Source: Antedon mediterranea (lineage: Eukaryota > Animalia > Echinodermata). From it: a stretch of DNA of 64,000 nt. A program made the translations under genes and the position numbers. Positions 58,429 to 64,000 of this stretch are shown here, piece after piece. Location: the NCBI RefSeq assembly GCF_964355755.1, contig NC_092675.1, forward strand, positions 28,678,912 through 28,742,911, given 5' to 3'. The notes under the pieces are model-generated. The model was not told where the DNA came from. It ran no database searches and was given only the letters and a program-made list of their open reading frames with translations. Position 1 is the first letter of the stretch, and every line of letters begins with the position of its first letter.

Positions 58429-61400
58429 CTTAAAACCTGGTAAAGGTTTAGTCCTTAGCAGTATTTGTAGAACTTCATGGGCCATAGCTCGGACATCAGA
58501 ATGAACCCTAGCAGAACTAACTAAACGTTGAAGTATATCAACTCCACCCTCCTCCAGTAGCATAGAGCAGTACCGTGATGCTAAACAAAAACCAAGAAAA
58601 TAAATCATTTTACACACCATCAATACTATGATTTCGCATGATTATAATCAATGAAAAAAAGACTTCTAAAATTCAAAGTTGATGATCAGTTAGTATTAAG
58701 CTCTGTCATCTAAACTTGATGTGATGTTCCCATATATGGACACAATAATGACAATATATCATACCATATTTGGGCACATTTTTGTCAAACTTGTTTGATA
58801 GTGCAGACAGGAGTTTTACTGTATACACAATCAACTCTCCCAATACTGGACACCTTTTGGCTGGTTTTCTGGAAAGTCTGATACTTGGAATGTGTTAAGA
58901 GTGTTTTTAATGGTAAAACTGAATTTGGGACTGTTTGGACTTCAAGAAAAGTCTGGTACTTGGAATGTGTTGGAGTGTTTTTAATGGTAAAACTGAATTT
59001 GGGACTGTTTGAACTTCAAGTAAAGTCTGGTATTGGGAGAGTTTCTGGTTTTTAGAAAGTCCAGTATTGGGAGAGTTGACTGTATAATATTATATAATTT
59101 GTATATCCACTCACTATTGTTGTTACTTACCATTTTTAGTGCATACATGATGCATAGCCCACACTGACCATAGCTGTACCTCTGGTGTATCATATCGTTC
59201 AAGCAATGGGAAAAATGGGCTAAATGATCTGTAGGCTACCATCTCACTCTCTGGATTCTCCCAAGAAAGTATCTTAGAATGCTATAGAAAGTAATTAATA
59301 GATTAAATTAATAAGTAATTAATCAATAAGAAATTAATCAATAATTTTAATGTAATTATTTATTTTTCATTTTTTGTCATGCCTTTGAAACTTTTTTTTA
59401 CAATTCAGTTTTTTTAATTTTGTTGGTTATTGATGTGCATGATTGTATTTTAGGAAATTCAATATCTTAATATATTGATAATTAGTAATTAATCAATGAT
59501 ATTTCCGATAATTGAAAGATGACGCTTAAAAAAAAACAATTTTATTATATTGATCGATTGAAGTTTGGTTTCAATTATCTGCAAAGTTTATAGTAGATAA
59601 TTATCGTCAGTTTGTATACCACAAACATGATGAAACAACTATGTATGTATGTATGACATTATAATACATAGTATCATCACACTATACTAATGAACAAAAT
59701 AGAAGTGTCTACAGTCAGTATGATTTAGAAATCTTTCCGGAATACGGGATAATTCACAGTTTCGTTTCGTTTATTTATTTTTTTCCACTCACTTATATAT
59801 ATATATATATATATATCATTTACATTTACATAACATATATTAAATGTAAACTAAATAGAAGGGAGCTCTTACCAAGGCACTTAGGATGTCTAGACGTTGT
59901 CTGAAGCAAGAACCCCAATCTTCAATGCTTTCATGAGCTAAATGAGCTATAATCCCTGCTGCAAAGTAACTCACTTCAAGATGTCCACTCCCTAGTAACC
60001 TCCTACAAAAATAGTTATTTAATAATTATAATTGAGTGATTTAAATGATTGTATTGATATTGCTGAGCGGTTAAGGCAGGAGCGCCGCAAATAGACATAA
60101 AATCACTACAGGTTCAATGCAGTCCTTGCACGTTGTTCTGGTGGTAGAACAAGTCTTGTCGGAGAAGTATTTCAAATTCCAGCGTACACATTTGGCAATT
60201 TGAAGCTAGACTTAAAGGCTCCCTTAGGGGATATAAAAGTTGTTGCTACAACACCTTGTCAACCTTGTACTAAATAAAGCGCATTACAAATACTTATATC
60301 AGTTGGTATCATACATACATTCACATTCATGATGCCTCAACTTTTAGAATGCTTCCATTTAGAATACACAGGTGTATTATATAATTCTTTCTTCAAAGAA
60401 TTTTTATTAGAATTAGAGGTTTTAGAAATAAAAATCATTGAAGCATGAACTGCGAAAACAGCGAGAAACAAACCTGCAATGTTCAATAAAGTCTTGACGT
60501 AGCAGGAAGTGTCGTAGATGCTTCACTTCAGCAATGTTGTTCTAAGAAAAAAAAAAGTTTTTTTTATATCTCAAATAAAACACATCATATTAAAATAAAG
60601 CACATGTTAATAATTATATTTGTATAAACTGGGATCTCAAATTATTATGGAAAAAATGAAACCACAATTCTTCATTTTATAAAAAAAGATGGAGAGAAGC
60701 AATGCTATTGTTGAATGGTCCTAATATTTCATATATAATGTTAATACTTACAACAAGACCTAGGACTTTGGTTTGAAGTGAAGCTTCATTGGGAAATGAC
60801 TGAAATAAAATTTTAATTGATATGATGATAAAACTGTATAATTATTCAAACTCAAATAAGCAAAATACATTCATTCCTGAACTTCAAATTAGCTATGTTA
60901 CAAAACACAAGGGGGAGAGTTAAGGCCAACTCAGACGGGAGAAATTTGATTAAGCTTAAAGTTCCTGCGACGACCTAAAAACTATGCCTGACGTTATCTC
61001 AAGACGACTCTTGACGAGTCAAGATGTTTTGTCGGGCTTCGGCGTACATTGACCTATACTTATGCTATACAACTCTCATGAGAGGTACATCATCGGTGCT
61101 TCAATGACAAATTATTGATGACACAGGCATGCGTAAAAAATCTAAATGGTACGTCACTTTAAATGGTACGTCACTTTAAATGGTACGTCACTTTAAATGG
61201 TCACAAATTTTAAAATGTGTGCCTCTTTGTCACGTAAAGGTAAGTCACTTTGTTTACGCAGGGGTGCATCATGGTATACATAAGGTATGACGCACATCGG
61301 ACCAATGACGCACTTCTCCTCTACTAAACCACACCTGGTTGTATTTTCTTGATATTTTTTTTGTACAAACCTGCAATATTTTAATAAACAGTTCCAGTCC

Positions 61401-63616
61401 ACCTTCATTGACAAATATTGCGCATGTTGATGGTGACTCATCAGTCAAGTTCCAGAGGGCGCTAAGTGTAAACTTCAGAATGATGTCCGCAGTCTCATTA
61501 TCTGCTTTCTGCTTTACAATCTGAAGTAATTTCTTTGGAGAAAAAAATGTTTGTATATTTAAGATTTAGCATATTATTAAGAATAAGACTAAAATTGAGA
61601 GGACCCAAGGAAGCTTAAATGATAAAATATCTAATATCAAGTGAAGTACAGTTAAACCACTCTTTTGGACACCTCTATTACAGAGACTCTTTCAAAAACT
61701 AGGAAAATATATGTGCTAACACTACGACGAACCCTTTTCCTGGGTCCAGAAGGTTAAATAGGTCTTTGAATTCAGGAATTGGAGAAGAATAGAGAAACTA
61801 ACAAGTAGAAGTTCAACATTGTTTTTGTTTGTCTTGTGGGGATTCGTTCCACCTTTTATTATCATACTATTTTTTAAGCAAATTTTTTCCTCTCATTTAT
61901 GTGTTACAACGTTAAAAGTAGTTGTAATAAAAACATCTGCTGTATATACATAAAATGATTGATTTTGATGTTTTTAAAACAACCTTTGCATTTGTTATTT
62001 TACATTTAAAAAAAAAAAAAAAATATATAACATAAGTAACAAAATGGAAATAAAAGGACGATAAAAATTAGTTAAAAACATTGTTTATCCAATTATGGAG
62101 GCTCAGATAAACACATGGTGCAGAGTGTAAACACATGTGTGCAGAGTGTAAACACATGTGTACATGTGTGCAGAGTGTAAAACAAGACAAGAGTCCTTGT
62201 AAGTATTAATACCTGCATATTTCTTTTTGTACCAAGCTCAGCTGTTTGTTTAGTTGAGATCTTAGCAGCTAGGATGGAGCAGATTGCAACTGCCATTCTA
62301 ATCATTGACTGATCATCAAATGCAAACAGGCAGTCCATCACCATGCGCGACGCATGGAAGCGATCAAAGTCCTACAGTACAAAACAAACGGGGTGGAAGT
62401 TACTGTTCATATCGTTTTATCAACAAAATCAACACTATCGGAAAATACATTCTGGCCTGAGAGTTTAAAAAATTTAACTAAAAAAAGATTTTGGAATAAC
62501 AATTTTTTTTTAATCGTGGTGAGAGACAATCTTTACTTCATTGTGTAAAGGGTCGTTCACACCTGTTCTGGTACAGCGCTGGCAAATCATATTGAATGTT
62601 TTCATGACACTCCACATGGATGTGTGCCAATCGATATGCACATAGCCAAAACATTGATGTTTGATGTGATTTGCCGGTGTCGGAACCATGCCAGAACAGG
62701 TGTGAAAGACCCTTAATACAGGTATATGATCTCCCAGAGTTACTGTATTGTAAAAGGCAGTATGATTGATAAAAGTAGTGATATCATAACAATTTTTACT
62801 AATTTCATAAGAGGAGCATGAATAGGAAGGATAGCACGTATAGGCTATAATAGTCTTACCACATCCTGTAAAATTCTGTCACTACACATTGTTAGAAGTG
62901 CATTCTTCTGAAGCTAAAAAAACAATCAAGGTTTAACATTAGTAGAAAGCATGTATTTACATAGAAACGCTGTCCAGTATAATAGTATTAAAAGTAAACT
63001 TGTAAGCCATAATAGTAAATACTGTATGTCATATAGTTACCTCATGATATACAGTGTACGCTTAAACACAAACATGGGGGAAGGGGGGGGGGGTGTGAAA
63101 TAAACACCAAAGTGTATTGAGACATCCTACATGCTCTGTCTACACTATCAAACTAGTTTGACAAAAAAAAGTGTGATGTGCCCAAATATGGTAGTGATAT
63201 GACATCCTTAAAGCCCATATATGAGCACATCAAATTTTTTTTGTCACATAAAGTTTGATAGAGTTGATACAGCTTTATACACACATAAATCTCTTTGCAT
63301 GAAATACTACTATATACTATAAATGTGTTGATGGCTGATGATAACCCAGGTTAATTCTAATCATTACTCCATCAATGGCCCAATTAAAATTAACATTCAA
63401 ATCTTAATAATAATATTCAGTTCATGGTAAAAATAAATGTATATTGTGTCATGTAGATTTTTTAGATCAAATTTTGTGGTACAAAATGGCTTATTTACCT
63501 GTTGCTGTGCTGGGAAGTTTCTCATGGCTCTCAATGTAAGTTCAATCATCGATTTCAAAATGGATGGATGAACTTCTTCTCCTAGTTGCAGTTTAGTTAG
63601 ATTGTAAAGACAAGCA
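58411..63616 (-). CDS. ZYG11B: Protein zyg-11 homolog (CRL2 substrate receptor, ARM region); 3' exons only, the 5' part continues beyond the window
   Basis: Exons 63616-63499 (SACLYNLTK), 62913-62860 (LQKNALLTMCSDRILQDV), 62371-62213 (RMAVAICSILAAKIST), 61532-61371 (LKFTLSALWNLTDESP), 60799-60752 (QTKVLGLV), 60541-60474 (NNIAEV), 60002-59873 (EVSYFAAGIIAHL), 59281-59131 (MVAYRSFSPFFPLL...VQLWSVW), 58580-58411 (RYCSMLLEEGG...). These motifs match ZYG11A/B rather than ZER1. Confidence 0.92.
58699..59082. mobile_element. Degenerate family A MITE (58699-58813) followed by a TCAACTCTCCCAATAC-type MITE with an internal duplication of about 70 bp (58826-59082)
   Basis: Matches the family A consensus and the 18492-18677 element. 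gtgtttttaatggtaaaactgaatttgggactgttt occurs twice. Confidence 0.75.
61143..61203. repeat. 17-bp perfect tandem repeat (TAAATGGTACGTCACTT) x3.5
   Basis: Directly visible in a ZYG11 intron. Confidence 0.9.
62549..62713. mobile_element. 165-bp PIF/Harbinger-type MITE
   Basis: TIRs AGGGTC(G/T)TTCACACCTGTTCTGG with a TAA TSD at 62546-62548 and 62714-62716. Confidence 0.9.
63133..63274. mobile_element. Family A MITE
   Basis: Matches the consensus. Confidence 0.8.
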
Positions 63617-63721
63617 CTGAAAACAATGATGTACAAAAAAGATTGTTAACAAAAAATATTCCCGAGAAATGAAATTTATATCTGTATTAAATACAGCTGT
63701 AGTACATAACAAGTACAATGA

Positions 63722-63837
63722 AGTCTACACTATCAAACTTTATGTGACAACAAAATATGATGTGCCCATTATATGGACCATATTTTGGTACATCACATTT
63801 TCTTTTGTCAAACTCGTTTGATAGTGTAGACAGAGCT
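63722..63837. mobile_element. Family A MITE adjoining an L2 fragment
   Basis: Matches the consensus; ends agacagagct|TTA. Confidence 0.8.
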
Positions 63838-63840
63838 TTA

Positions 63841-64000
63841 GTTGTGAGATGTTTCTTAAAAACATGCGAACTACGAACCTGGCAATTTTCCAAGGGGATG
63901 CTATTCCATAGTTTAGGACCATAGATAGAAAACGCACTGTCTCCAAAAACATTTTTAGTGACCGGGACAGAAAGACCTAGATTGTTCAATATAAGATTTT
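63841..64000 (-). mobile_element. L2/CR1-clade LINE ORF2 C-terminal fragment
   Basis: Reverse translation LSVPVTKNVFGDSAFSIYGPKLWNSIP...FKKHLTT matches the GDRAFSxxGPxLWNSLP...FKxxLKT end of L2 ORF2. Confidence 0.75.

Noticed and set aside
63687-63989. 100-aa ORF as a gene
   Set aside because: It is a chance fusion of an L2 ORF2 tail with a family A MITE inside a ZYG11 intron.
1-64000. Prokaryotic defence, phage or operon-type system
   Set aside because: Every gene is spliceosomal and metazoan, and there are no long intronless ORFs of bacterial or viral type.

Overview
AT-rich eukaryotic genomic DNA with GT-AG introns and dense MITE, SINE, LINE and Helentron-type repeats. It comes from an invertebrate animal, most plausibly a non-vertebrate deuterostome such as an echinoderm; that assignment is an inference. 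I reconstructed seven protein-coding genes by hand from splice sites: (1) the last exon (hinge plus 7TM) of a relaxin-receptor/GRL101-type LGR GPCR (+); (2) FAF1 (-, 15 exons, 655 aa); (3) an INK4/CDKN2-family CDK4/6 inhibitor (+, 3 coding exons, 177 aa) head-to-head with FAF1; (4) RIC1 (-, 31 exons, 1416 aa); (5) TCTEX1D1/DYNLT5 (+) head-to-head with RIC1; (6) a small single-PDZ protein (-, 189 aa) resembling one MPDZ/PATJ PDZ domain; (7) the 3' part of ZYG11 (-). The highlights are an invertebrate INK4 gene in the same divergent arrangement with FAF1 as human CDKN2C, inside a block whose human orthologs lie on 1p31-32 and 9p21-24; a complete 73-nt tRNA cloverleaf with the normally avoided ATC anticodon inside a FAF1 intron; two Helentron-associated elements; a stand-alone PDZ gene; a CaaX box ending RIC1; and the ZYG11 stop codon lying inside a minisatellite. 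Most short ORFs in the supplied track are repeat-derived or intronic noise. All homology calls are from recall of protein families, not database searches.
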